From Eutreptiella sp. 'Long Island Sound 2002' (taxonomy: Eukaryota; Protista; Euglenida): DNA of 64,000 nucleotides. The stretch's first letter is position 1. The number at the start of each line of letters is the position of its first letter. Where the stretch lies: NCBI GenBank assembly GCA_964036045.1, contig OZ038378.1:200384001-200448000 (forward strand), given 5' to 3'. Under the pieces are notes generated by a model. The model ran no database searches. It saw only the letters and a program-made list of their open reading frames with translations, and was not told the DNA's origin. Of the stretch, positions 51,101-60,598 are shown one piece after another. A program made the translations under genes and the position numbers.

Positions 51101-54100
51101 GCATGACGGACACCTCAGGCTCCAATGCAACAGTGAGGCAGGGCTCTGCAGGGACAGAGGGTGCTGTGGTCCTGAACAAGGTCGCATGGCGGCAGGAAAC
51201 CACCAGGACTGCAGCTGAGGCGTCTGCATCCATTCTGCCCAAGACAACAGCCACAACATACATCCAAGATTCAATGATGTCAGCAATTTGCACTGCGGAA
51301 GAACAGCGGCCAACTCTTTGGTACCTTCATCCCCGATGTAATTATCTGCACACATGACGGAGGGGGTGAGGGCACATTTCGTCGCCCTGGACAATGGGCG
51401 CACGGAGCGGGAGTTGCACACATAACGGAAAAGGTGAGCGCTGATCCCTAACCCCAGCTTCCCACCCCAGTGCACCTTCCATTCCCTCCTTCCCACTGGC
51501 ACCCCACAACAACAAAAAGTGCGTGCGGCACAGGCCGCTTCGCTCCGGAACCCCTTCGCACCTCAGAACTGCAACTGCCCTGGGCATGACGGACACCTCA
51601 GGCTCCAATGCAACAGTGAGGCAGGGCTCTGCAGGGACAGAGGGTGCTGTGGTCCTGAACAAGGTCGCATGGCGGCAGGAAACCACCAGGACTGCAGCTG
51701 AGGCGTCTGCATCCATTCTGCCCAAGACAACAGCCACAGCATACTTCGAAATTTCATTGATGTCAGCGATTTGCACTGCGGAAGAACAGCGGCCAACTCT
51801 TTGGTACCTTCATCCCCGATGCCATTGCCTGCACACATGACGGAGGGGGTGAGAGCATATTTCGTCGCCCTGGACAATGGGCACACGGAGCGGGAGTCAC
51901 ACACACAACGGAAAAGGTGAGCGCTGATCCCTAACCCCAGCTTCCCACCCCAGTGCACCTTCCATTCCCTCCTTCCCACTGGCACCCCACAACAACAAAA
52001 AGTGCGTGCGGCACAGGCCGCTTCGCTCCGGAACCCCTTCGCACCTCAGAACTGCAACTGCCCTGGGCATGACGGACACCTCAGGCTCCAATGCAACAGT
52101 GAGGCAGGGCTCTGCAGGGACAGAGGGTGCTGTGGTCCTGAACAAGGTCGCATGGCGGCAGGAAACCACCAGGACTGCAGCTGAGGCGTCTGCATCCATT
52201 CTGCCCAGGACAACAGCCACAACATACATTCAAGATCCAATGATGTCAGCGATTTGCACTGCGGAAGAACAGCGGCCAACTCTTTGGTACCTTCAACCCC
52301 GATGCCATTCCCTGCACACATGACGGAGGGGGTGAGAGCACATTTCGTCGCCCTGGACAATGGGCACACGGAGCGGGAGTCACACACATAACGGAAAAGG
52401 TGAGCGCTGATCCCTAACCCCAGCTTCCCACCCCAGTGCACCTTCCATTCCCTCCTTCCCACTGGCACCCCACAACAACAAAAAGTGCGTGCGGCACAGG
52501 CCGCTTCGCTCCGGAACCCCTTCGCACCTCAGAACTGCAACTGCCCTGGGCATGACGGACACGTCAGGCTCCAATGCAACAGTGAGGCAGGGCTCTGCAG
52601 GGACAGAGGGTGCTGTGGTCCTGAACAAGGTCGCATGGCGGCAGGAAACCACCAGGACTGCAGCTGAGGCGTCTGCATCCATTCTGCCCAAGACAACAGC
52701 CACAACATACATCCAAGATCCAATGATGTCAGCGATTTGCACTGCGGAAGAACAGCGGCCAACTCTTTGGTACCTTCATCCCCGATGCGATTATCTGCAC
52801 ACATGACGGAGGGGGTGAGAGCACATTTTGTCACCCTGGACAATGGGCACACGGAGCGGGAGTCACACACATAACGGAAAAGGTGAGCGCTGATCCCTAA
52901 CCCCAGCTTCAGCACCCGCCTCCCCTGACACCCTGCGAGCACAACACTGATGTCCTCCATGGACCGACGGGCGCCTGACTGTGATCGCATGATTGTCTGG
53001 CGTCTGGTCCTGCTTCCCCGCGCGTGCGCTGCGGGACATAGACTTCTGGGCGGGCGGGCGGGCCCTCGCTCTTAAAATTAAAAGAGACTGACATGGGAGA
53101 GATGGAAGGTTCGATGGAGGGGGGGAAGGAGCTGGGGAGGCTGTGTGGGCTGAACCTACTTTGCTTCGTGAGCTACGCAACTAAGGTTCAGCACCCGCCT
53201 CCCCTGACACCCTGCGAGCACAACACTGATGTCCTCCATGGACCGACGGGCGCAGTGTGCTCGCGAATGCGAGCTGGAATTTCGTTGGGACTCTCAGCTT
53301 CTCTCTTCCCCGAAACTCACCCCCCCCCCCCCTCATCGGCCCTCGCCCGCTCTCAGCATCCAGGGGGACCTGGGGAGATACTCCAGACGTTTATAACGCT
53401 GCGGAGTCCCGCTCCACTGTCGGCGTCGCTCTTCTGCGGCTTGTATTGCCGCCTTGCGGGACGGGAGGGACTTTAACCGGCTCATGGGGTCCGCGGGATT
53501 CAGCGCGGACTCGACCCAGAAGGTGCCTATTTGCAGATTGCTCCAGAGTCGGAGCCAGAATATGCGTCGCAGGATTCGTTGCTGGACCGGGCATCCTGCT
53601 GCTGCCCGCATCCCCATAGTTTGGCAGCGGGAGACTTCGCTGTCCGTTCCTACAGTCACTACCTTCCATCCCATATAGACCGCCATTTTGCACGCCATAT
53701 ATACGCCATAGAATTCTGCCTACTGAAGCGTGCGGATCCACTGTGGGCAACGCGACGACCTGTGCAGCGTCGCGCCCACAATGCCCACCCTGAAGCCGCG
53801 TCCCTCCTCAGCCGCATCTGTGAAAAACTGGATTCCGTCTGTGCGTGGGGAGTGCTCTGCTGTGGGATTCTTGGGGCGTTCGGGGGGGTACGTGTGTGCC
53901 ACTGCACTAAAAACCAGCACAGTGCCCAACCCGCGCGCCATGCCTCTTGTGAAAACCCTGGACCCTGCCTCCAGCGCCCTGTAGCTGCCTGCCATAAAAC
54001 AGGAAAGCCCCGCCCCCGGCCGCGACAGCCAGCAGAGCTGCCCCAGCAGCTTGCGGAGGCGCCGCGGCTCCACGGTACCCCGACCCACGGCACGCACCCA

Positions 54101-57100
54101 CGCACGCAGCGCGCTCTGGACTCCACCCTTGGCGTTCTGTATGGTTCTCTGTTTGCTGTCTATATGCTTTCCAATGAAGCTGATGGCACGCACAGGCTTG
54201 GGCTCACTTTTAATGCTAATTATAAAGCCGGCCCGCCGCAGGCGGCTCGTGACTCTGCGGACCGCACTCCTCAGCTCCCTTTTGCTGCCTGCACAGAACA
54301 ATATATCATCAATGTAGACCCAGGCCCTTGCCGAGGTCCCCCGAAGGGCCCCTGCGACGATACTGCGGACCAAGGTCTGGCACACCAGTGGCGAGTAGCG
54401 CCAGCCGAAGGGCAGACGCGTGTACCTGTACGCCCTGCCGTCCGCGGAGCGTAAGACGAAAATGCGGCGCCACAGGCGCGGCAGCTTTATGCTCCAGAAT
54501 GCGTTCTGAATGTCTAATTTCGCCAGCCAGGGGGCTTTACCCCCCCCCACCTCCCCCCTCAGCCAGTCCCTCAGACCCTCAAGGCCTGGCAGCCGGAATT
54601 TCGCCGGGCTGCGCGCGTCGGCCTCATTTATTGGGGTGGCGTCTAAAATCATACGACATTTCTCCCGATTTTTCGGGCGTAAAAACGCTCGGGCGGTGGG
54701 GCGCAGCCTTGTGCGCTTTACCCCCTTCGTATCTGCCCGGATGGCTCGCATCATCAGTGGCAGCTTTGGGCAGCGCGATTCTAACCCCCCCCCCCCCCCC
54801 TGCGACTGGGCGTACACTGCCGCCAGCCCCCGCGGTACGAGCCTGTCCCACAGGGACTGGTGCACTGTGACTTCCCCCGCCTCCCCCAGACCCGCCGCAG
54901 CCGCCCCCTCCGGGATGTCCCCCTCCTCTTCTGATGAGTAATACCCGTCCTCTTCGCCCTCCAAACCCTCTTCCGCCACCCCCCCCAGTGCCGCCTCCAA
55001 AATTGATTTTTCGCCCACCGCTGTGTCCTCGCTTCCCCCCACCAGGGCCCGCTCAGCCTCCAGCAGCCCCAGAACCGCCCCCCTGACCATGTCCTTACGT
55101 CCTGCTTTGACGCCTGGCAGGCGGCTTATTGCCTCTGCCACCCGCCGGTGTCTCGGCAGCACCGCTGGCGGATCCCCCGCGGCCCCGCCCACCGACTTGG
55201 TCTCCGTCTCCGCCTTCCGGCTCCACTGCTCTGGCCGTTGGCTCCTCTCGCCGCTCGACTTGCAGCTGCCTTTGCGCCCTTGGCCTTGCCGTTGAGCGCC
55301 CCGAATGTCGCTGCGCCTTCTGCGGCTTCTCCTTCGGCGACTCCTCGACTTCGACCACCGTGACCCGCGGCGACGTTGTCCGCGTCCTCTTGCGACCCGC
55401 CTCGCTGCCGGCAGCCCCACGCGACCCAGGCCCAGCAGGTCGGATAGCGGGGACTTCGAGCTCGCGCCGCACCCAGCCGGGCCACATGCCGAGCGTGGTG
55501 CCCGCCGCCATCTCCGCTTTTGGGGTCCTGCCATCCCATGCCGGCTGCACCAGGGGTCCCCCACGCACGAAGCTCCACCGCGGGGGCGCCGTGTAGTAGA
55601 TTTGCGCAACCGCCGGCGTCTTCCAGCCCCCCCAGAGCATAATGAAGCGCACCGGGAGGCCGAGACCGTACAGTTGCGCAGCGCCGTATCTGCGGAACGA
55701 GTGCCAGCGCGTATTTTTGTAGCTGCCACCCGGCCTGTCGAGGAGGCCCCGCAGCCCGTCGTGCAGCCCGTCTCGCCCCCGGAACCACGCTGGTCGGTCC
55801 GGGTGATAGCCGTGGAGGGCGCGCAGCCGCGCCAGGAATCCTGCCCATCTCGCCGTCCACGGCCCCATGCTCTGTCGCTGCTCTCCGGCCCGCGACTTCG
55901 TTCCCGTGAAGACCAGCTCCTCTCCGTCGGCGCGGGCGGTGATGGCCTCGCTGGCCCTGAGGCAGTGCGAGCAAGACAGCGCGGCAAGGGCGACGATTTC
56001 CCACTCCGCGGCCGACCCTGCAGCGGCAGCCATGTGTTGTAGTGCGCCCATGCTGGCCCACTCCTTAACTGTCGTCCGTCCTGCCTTTTCGGCAGCCTTT
56101 GCTGCCCCCACCGCGAGGTACCAGTCTCCCGGTCGGACAGTGCGGCGCAGCCACCCCAGTTTTTCGAGTAGTCGCACCGCGGACAGAACCTTTTTGACTG
56201 CGCTTTCTCCCATGCCCTTCTCGACCAGGGAGGCGAGCTCGTCTTCCAGGACCCGTCGCCTGTGGCATCCTGGCTGCATCCTCTCTCTCCTTCTGAGGTG
56301 GCTGAGCGCCTGCAGATACCCCTCGAGGGTCGTGTCGCTGAGCCCTCGGACGACAGATGCGTCGTAGCCGGCTCCCCAGCCCCCACGCAGGGCCTGCCCG
56401 AGCCGCTCGGCGCCATCGGCAATGGGCAGATCCCGCTCTGCGGTTCACCTCGTCCCTTTTCCCCGCGTGCAGCCCCACTCGTCGCGATCAAAATACCAGT
56501 GGGCCTGCCCACAGTCTCCACACTTCGTCTTCGGGGGGTCCGTGCAATCTTCCCACGCTCCCGTGCGCTTGGACTTGAAGTGACGCCTCCCGTTCAGCAG
56601 GGTGAACTCGGTGTTGGCCGCGGAGCCTGTCCCGCGCCAGATCTCGCCTTCCTTGCGGCCCGCTATGCTGCTGCCCGCATGGCGCGCGGTACTCCTCTGC
56701 GGCGATCTACGCCTCCGCCCCCGTGACCTCCCGGAGGATGATGAAGAGCTGCTTGACGTCGTGCCGCTGCCGCTCGTGCTGCTGTCCTCGCTGTCGCTGC
56801 TGCTGTCTTTCCCGGCGCGCCCTTTTCCCTTTCGCTTCCGGTCCTTCTTTCGCTGCCGTCGCGCCTTCTTCTTCTCTTTGCGCCGCTTTTCCTTCATCTT
56901 GGCCTTTAGGTCATCAGCCCCAGTGACGTCACAGTCCAACAGGATCTTCCACACCTTTGCTGCCAGCGGTGGTGGCCCCTCGGCCCCCATCTCCTCGTCC
57001 TCTCGCAGCTGGGATTCCAGGGCCTTGCACAGCTTGATAGTCCACCGGGGCGCTCCCGCCCGCCTGCGCATGCTCCGGACCGCGCGCGTCGTCAGGCGGT

Positions 57101-59104
57101 TCCACTTGTCCCGTTCGCCCCGCTCCTCCTTGCCGTCCTCGTCGTCCGCTCCGATGCCTCCTCCGGCAGGCACCTTCCCCGGCTGCGTACCCGCTGATGG
57201 CCCCGCGTCGACTGTCCCCACGCGGCCGCCGTGATGGTGTCCTCCCGCGGCCGCTCGCTCCAGGTCCTGCAGAGACGCGCAGAGCTCAAAAGCCGCCTCT
57301 GATTGCGGCTGCGCCAACTCCAAATCGGGGACTTCGATGCCCCACGCCAGGCTTAACCCAAACAGGAATGCATCCCTGTAGGCCATAAAATTTTTGCAGA
57401 CCAGGCACACGTTGAGTGTGCGATTGAACAGCAGGGCCAGCTTGGAGGTGTTCAGCCTGGCCGTCTTCGTCCAGAATCGCACCCCCGCGTCGAGTACCCC
57501 ATGCCTGCTCTCGGTGGGCACCTCCGTTGCGCGCCAGTGCTCCCCCATGAGGCTGCACCACGCCCAGTCGAGCACATTTTCGTCTTGGGCCCGCAGCTTT
57601 TCCCACGACCATGCCCCCTCGCCGTCCAGCTGCTCTGTGGTTGACATGTCCCCCTGGCGGCCCTCGCTCTTAAAATTAAAAGAGACTGACATGGGAGAGA
57701 TGGAAGGTTCGATGGAGGGGGGGAAGGAGCTGGGGAGGCTGTGTGGGCTGAACCTACTTTGCTTCGTGAGCTACGCAACTAAGGTTCCCACCCCAGTGCA
57801 CCTTCCATTCCCTCCTTCCCACTGGCACCCCACAACAACAAAAAGTGCGTGCGGCACAGGCCGCTTCGCTCCGGAACCCCTTCGCACCTCAGAACTGCAA
57901 CTGCCCTGGGCATGACGGACACCTCAGGCTCCAATGCAACAGTGAGGCAGGGCTCTGCAGGGACAGAGGGTGCTGTGGTCCTGAACAAGGTCGCATGGCG
58001 GCAGGAAACCACCAGGACTGCAGCTGAGGCGTCTGCATCCATTCTGCCCAAGACAACAGCCACAACATACCTCGAAGATCCAATGATGTCAGCGATTTGC
58101 ACTGCGGAAGAACAGCGGCCAACTCTTTGGTACCTTCATCCCCGATGCCATTGCCTGCACACATGACGGAGGGGGTGAGAGCATATTTCGTCGCCCTGGA
58201 CAATGGGCACACGGAGCGGGAGTCACACACATAACGGAAAAAGTGAGCGCTGATCCCTAACCCCAGCTTCCCACCCCAGTGCACCTTCCATTCCCACTGG
58301 CACCCCACAACAACAAAAAGTGCGTGCGGCACAGGCCGCTTCGCTCCGGAACCCCTTCGCACCTCAGAACTGCAACTGCCCTGGGCATGACGGACACCTC
58401 AGGCTCCAATGCAACAGTGAGGCAGGGCTCTGCAGGGACAGAGGGTGCTGTGGTCCTGAACAAGGTCGCATGGCGGCAGGAAACCACCAGGACTGCAGCT
58501 GAGGCGTCTGCATCCATTCTGCCCAAGACAACAGCCACAACATACATTCAAGATTCAATGATGTCAGCGATTTGCACTGCGGAAGAACAGCGGCCAACTC
58601 TTTGGTACCTTCATCACCCATGCCATTCCCTGCACACATGACGGAGGGGGTGAGAGCACATTTCGTCGCCCTGGACAATGGGCACACGGAGCGGGAGTCA
58701 CACACATAACGGAAAAGGTGAGCGCTGATCCCTAACCCCAGCTTCCCACCCCAGTGCACCTTCCATTCCCACTGGCACCCCACAACAACAAAAAGTGCGT
58801 GCGGCACAGGCCGCTTCGCTCCGGAACCCCTTCGCACCTCAGAACTGCAACTGCCCTGGGCATGACGGACACCTCAGGCTCCAATGCAACAGTGAGGCAG
58901 GGCTCTGCAGGGACAGAGGGTGCTGTGGTCCTGAACAAGGTCGCATGGCGGCAGGAAACCACCAGGACTGCAGCTGAGGCGTCTGCATCCATTCTGCCCA
59001 AGACAACAGCCACAACATACATCCAAGATTCAATGATGTCAGCGATTTGCACTGCGGAAGAACAGCGGCCAACTCTTTGGTACCTTCAACCCCGATGCCA
59101 TTCC
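43134..59104 (-). CDS. Spliced LRR(x13)-kinase-ART gene model; the 5' part is not identified and probably lies right of 59.7 kb
   Basis: 84-nt LRR exons, each flanked by atgtgtgcag| and |gtatg: 59021-59104, 58546-58629, 58071-58154, 52711-52794, 52228-52311, 51745-51828, 51262-51345, 50779-50862, 50297-50380, 49814-49897, 49331-49414, 48863-48946, 48380-48463. Consensus xNxIGDEGTKELAAVLPQCKSLTSLxLx, with no stops after splicing. The join to 46170-46225 and 43134-45134 is inferred from phase. Confidence 0.7.
46170..46225 (-). CDS. Putative 56-nt linker exon joining the LRR array (phase 1) to the kinase exon (phase 0)
   Basis: Acceptor atgttgcag|AT, similar to the LRR acceptor atgtgtgcag, and donor GAG|GTGTGC. 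Encodes '(D)DHFGEQGHRIEPEETRLE', which resembles a final NxIGDEG LRR turn. Phases match on both sides. Confidence 0.5.
48064..52910 (-). repeat. Tandem exon-intron array, left block (10 LRR exons; period 483, 482 or 468 bp)
   Basis: Exon starts are spaced 483, 468, 483, 483, 482, 483, 483, 483, 483 bp. Introns are nearly identical. Confidence 0.97.
53333..55090 (-). CDS. pol: Reverse transcriptase-RNase H with one premature TAG (53720-53722) in RNase H
   Basis: RT: CRMILDA, KLDIQNAFW, LPFGWRYSP, YIDD. RNase H: FTDAA, LQ*AEF, GTDS, NPADPMSR. The ATG lies 4 nt after the YR stop. Confidence 0.92.
55095..56279 (-). CDS. Tyrosine recombinase of the YR retrotransposon
   Basis: Catalytic set: R (CLRASE), K (GTKS), HxxR (WHSFRR), W (WGGWKT), Y (AQIYY). 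Confidence 0.92.
   Translation of the reverse strand: MQPGCHRRRVLEDELASLVEKGMGESAVKKVLSAVRLLEKLGWLRRTVRPGDWYLAVGAAKAAEKAGRTTVKEWASMGALQHMAAAAGSAAEWEIVALAALSCSHCLRASEAITARADGEELVFTGTKSRAGEQRQSMGPWTARWAGFLARLRALHGYHPDRPAWFRGRDGLHDGLRGLLDRPGGSYKNTRWHSFRRYGAAQLYGLGLPVRFIMLWGGWKTPAVAQIYYTAPPRWSFVRGGPLVQPAWDGRTPKAEMAAGTTLGMWPGWVRRELEVPAIRPAGPGSRGAAGSEAGRKRTRTTSPRVTVVEVEESPKEKPQKAQRHSGRSTARPRAQRQLQVERREEPTARAVEPEGGDGDQVGGRGRGGSASGAAETPAGGRGNKPPARRQSRT
56445..57692 (-). CDS. gag: gag-like ORF1 of the YR retrotransposon
   Basis: 415-aa ORF (the likely start could also be ATG 57647) with K/R-rich and S-rich tracts and a C-terminal 'CGDCGQAHW' Cys/His motif. Homologous to 10907..11389. Confidence 0.65.
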   Translation of the reverse strand: MSVSFNFKSEGRQGDMSTTEQLDGEGAWSWEKLRAQDENVLDWAWCSLMGEHWRATEVPTESRHGVLDAGVRFWTKTARLNTSKLALLFNRTLNVCLVCKNFMAYRDAFLFGLSLAWGIEVPDLELAQPQSEAAFELCASLQDLERAAAGGHHHGGRVGTVDAGPSAGTQPGKVPAGGGIGADDEDGKEERGERDKWNRLTTRAVRSMRRRAGAPRWTIKLCKALESQLREDEEMGAEGPPPLAAKVWKILLDCDVTGADDLKAKMKEKRRKEKKKARRQRKKDRKRKGKGRAGKDSSSDSEDSSTSGSGTTSSSSSSSSGRSRGRRRRSPQRSTARHAGSSIAGRKEGEIWRGTGSAANTEFTLLNGRRHFKSKRTGAWEDCTDPPKTKCGDCGQAHWYFDRDEWGCTRGKGTR

Positions 59105-59345
59105 CTGCACACATGACGGAGGGGGTGAGAGCACATTTCGTCGCCCTGGACAATGGGCACACGGAGCGCGAGTCACACACATAACGGAAAAGGTGAGCGC
59201 TGATCCCTAACCCCAGCTTCCCACCCCAGTGCACCTTCCATTCCCTCCTTCCCACTGGCACCCCACAACAACAAAAAGTGCGTGCGGGACAGGCCGCTTC
59301 GCTCCGGAACCCCTTCGCACCTCAGAACAGCAACTGCCCTGGGCA
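57788..59345 (-). repeat. Tandem exon-intron array, right block (3 LRR exons; period 475 bp)
   Basis: Same unit; two introns carry an 8-bp deletion. The spacing 52711 to 58071 equals 483 plus the 4877-bp insertion. Confidence 0.97.
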
Positions 59346-59716
59346 TGACGGATACCTCAGACCGCAACGCTCAGTTGCCTAACTTCCAACAAAACAAACC
59401 CAGTAAAGAAACACATACCACAGAAAGGCGCTTTTTTGGTGAACTGATTCAATTGGGCAAATTTGTCCTTCCATGACATTATGACAAGATCAACAAAAGT
59501 AAAATCTTCGACAAAGAGCACACATTATTCTAGCCATATCAACTGACGTTGGTGTTCAGGGTTAAAACAAGTACTGTAAGGGCAAGCCCCAAGAAGGTCG
59601 GCTGTGGGCGATAGATTGGCAAAATTACCATAAGCTGCTATGACAGGTGGGCATCATTTAGGGAACACTGAATCTGTGCTGATACCTATTGTTGGGACTT
59701 TGACTTTGGTGCGTAG
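59311..59716. repeat. Dispersed repeat homologous to 35131..37492 but with a single copy of the 150-bp satellite unit
   Basis: Both loci share the left flank 'cacctcagaacagcaactgccctgggcatgac..ccttccatgacatta' and the right flank 'taagctgct..gggaacactgaatctgtgctgatacctatt..aggactgtgga'. Confidence 0.92.
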
Positions 59717-60342
59717 GACTGTGGAGTGTGCGCCGGTATCCAGCCCCCCCCCCCCCCCTCGGGGCCGGGTGGGCCACGCCAGCCATGAGAACCTCACTCC
59801 TGTGCTGTAGGGGGACCATGCGTGCCATCCATGGAGTTTGTAATAAGTGTGACCAGGCGTTCGACTTTACTGCAGGGCTGCCGTCCTTGAGACGTGTCCA
59901 ATCCCAAGCCCCTTCGTTGACCGTGGAACTCATTGATCGGCTGAGGCCCCCCCCACTCACACAGAAATAACAAAAGACTGGGGAGGGAGCATGAGGGGGT
60001 TGTGGGCAACAGGATCAGGTGTGGGGAGGGGTTGAGTTGGGGCCCCGGTGGCAGAACTTCCGTTACCTCCGCTGCGCTACACTAACTGCAGATTCTTTTT
60101 TTGTTTGGTCAAAATTTAACATTCACACCACACGTTGAGAAGCGCAAGACAAGAACAAAGCAAGAAAAGGGATGAAAGAAAATTCGATTGCCTTCGGCAG
60201 TGCACCTCGAAGAGAGGTTGACAGTCAGCCAAGCAGTTCCTGAGCCAGGCCAGCAGTCAGTCAGACAGAAACACACAGTTTGGGTTTTTTGTCAGTGGTA
60301 GACACAGCAGCAAGCAGTGGGGAGCACTCATCCTGTTATTCA

Positions 60343-60513
60343 AGCAGTGGTCGAATGGTAATGCGGCGGGCATTAGACTTTTTGGTCGGCGGTTCGAACC
60401 CCGGTGAGGTGAATATGCCGCCGCCGCCGCCGCCGCCAAAAGAATACCGGGCCCGGAGTTCGAACCAACGACCGTTGCCGCTACATCCCGCTGCGTTACC
60501 ATTCGACCAGCAG
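60343..60513. ncRNA. Two convergent tRNA-like Pol III heads (SINE-like), separated by (CCG)n
   Basis: Plus 60343..60405 has TGGTCGAATGG..GGTTCGAACCC. Minus 60449..60513 has TGGTCGAATGG..GGTTCGAACTC. The cloverleafs are imperfect. Confidence 0.6.
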
Positions 60514-60598
60514 TTGTACAGCAGCCTGTAGCTTCCCCACTGCTTGGAGCCTTCTAAGCGAAAACTTTTGACCCCCCCAACCCCCCACCCACCCCCCG

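Larger units (their letters stand above)
52911..57787 (-). mobile_element. Young tyrosine-recombinase (DIRS-order, VIPER/TATE/Ngaro-like) retrotransposon, 4877 bp, with split direct repeats
   Basis: In element sense: A1 (57659-57787), gag, YR, RT/RNaseH, B1 (53190-53253), A2 (53061-53189), spacer, B2 (52911-52974). The A copies (129 bp) and B copies (64 bp) are identical by eye. It is inserted at cagcTTC^ccac with no TSD. Confidence 0.93.

Noticed and set aside
6716-53722. TAG reassigned to glutamine
   Set aside because: TAG also replaces a conserved Trp (LPFGW at 7637), the same elements carry frameshifts, and the 667-codon kinase-ART exon has many Gln codons but no TAG.
48380-59104. Diversity-generating retroelement (RT next to variable repeats)
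   Set aside because: Variation is not adenine-specific, there is no template-repeat/variable-repeat pair, and the RT belongs to a complete YR retrotransposon that inserted after the array formed.
48064-59345. CRISPR-like array (constant repeat plus variable segment)
   Set aside because: The variable parts are homologous 84-nt exons with splice sites, the repeats are about 390 bp, no cas genes are present and the context is eukaryotic.
48064-59476. The many repeated 60-157 aa ORFs (MRAAQAAS.., MRHRPLRS.., MPVGRRE.., MQIADII..)
   Set aside because: These are intron or antisense read-throughs of the repeat unit. Only the 84-nt part shows a protein motif and splice signals.
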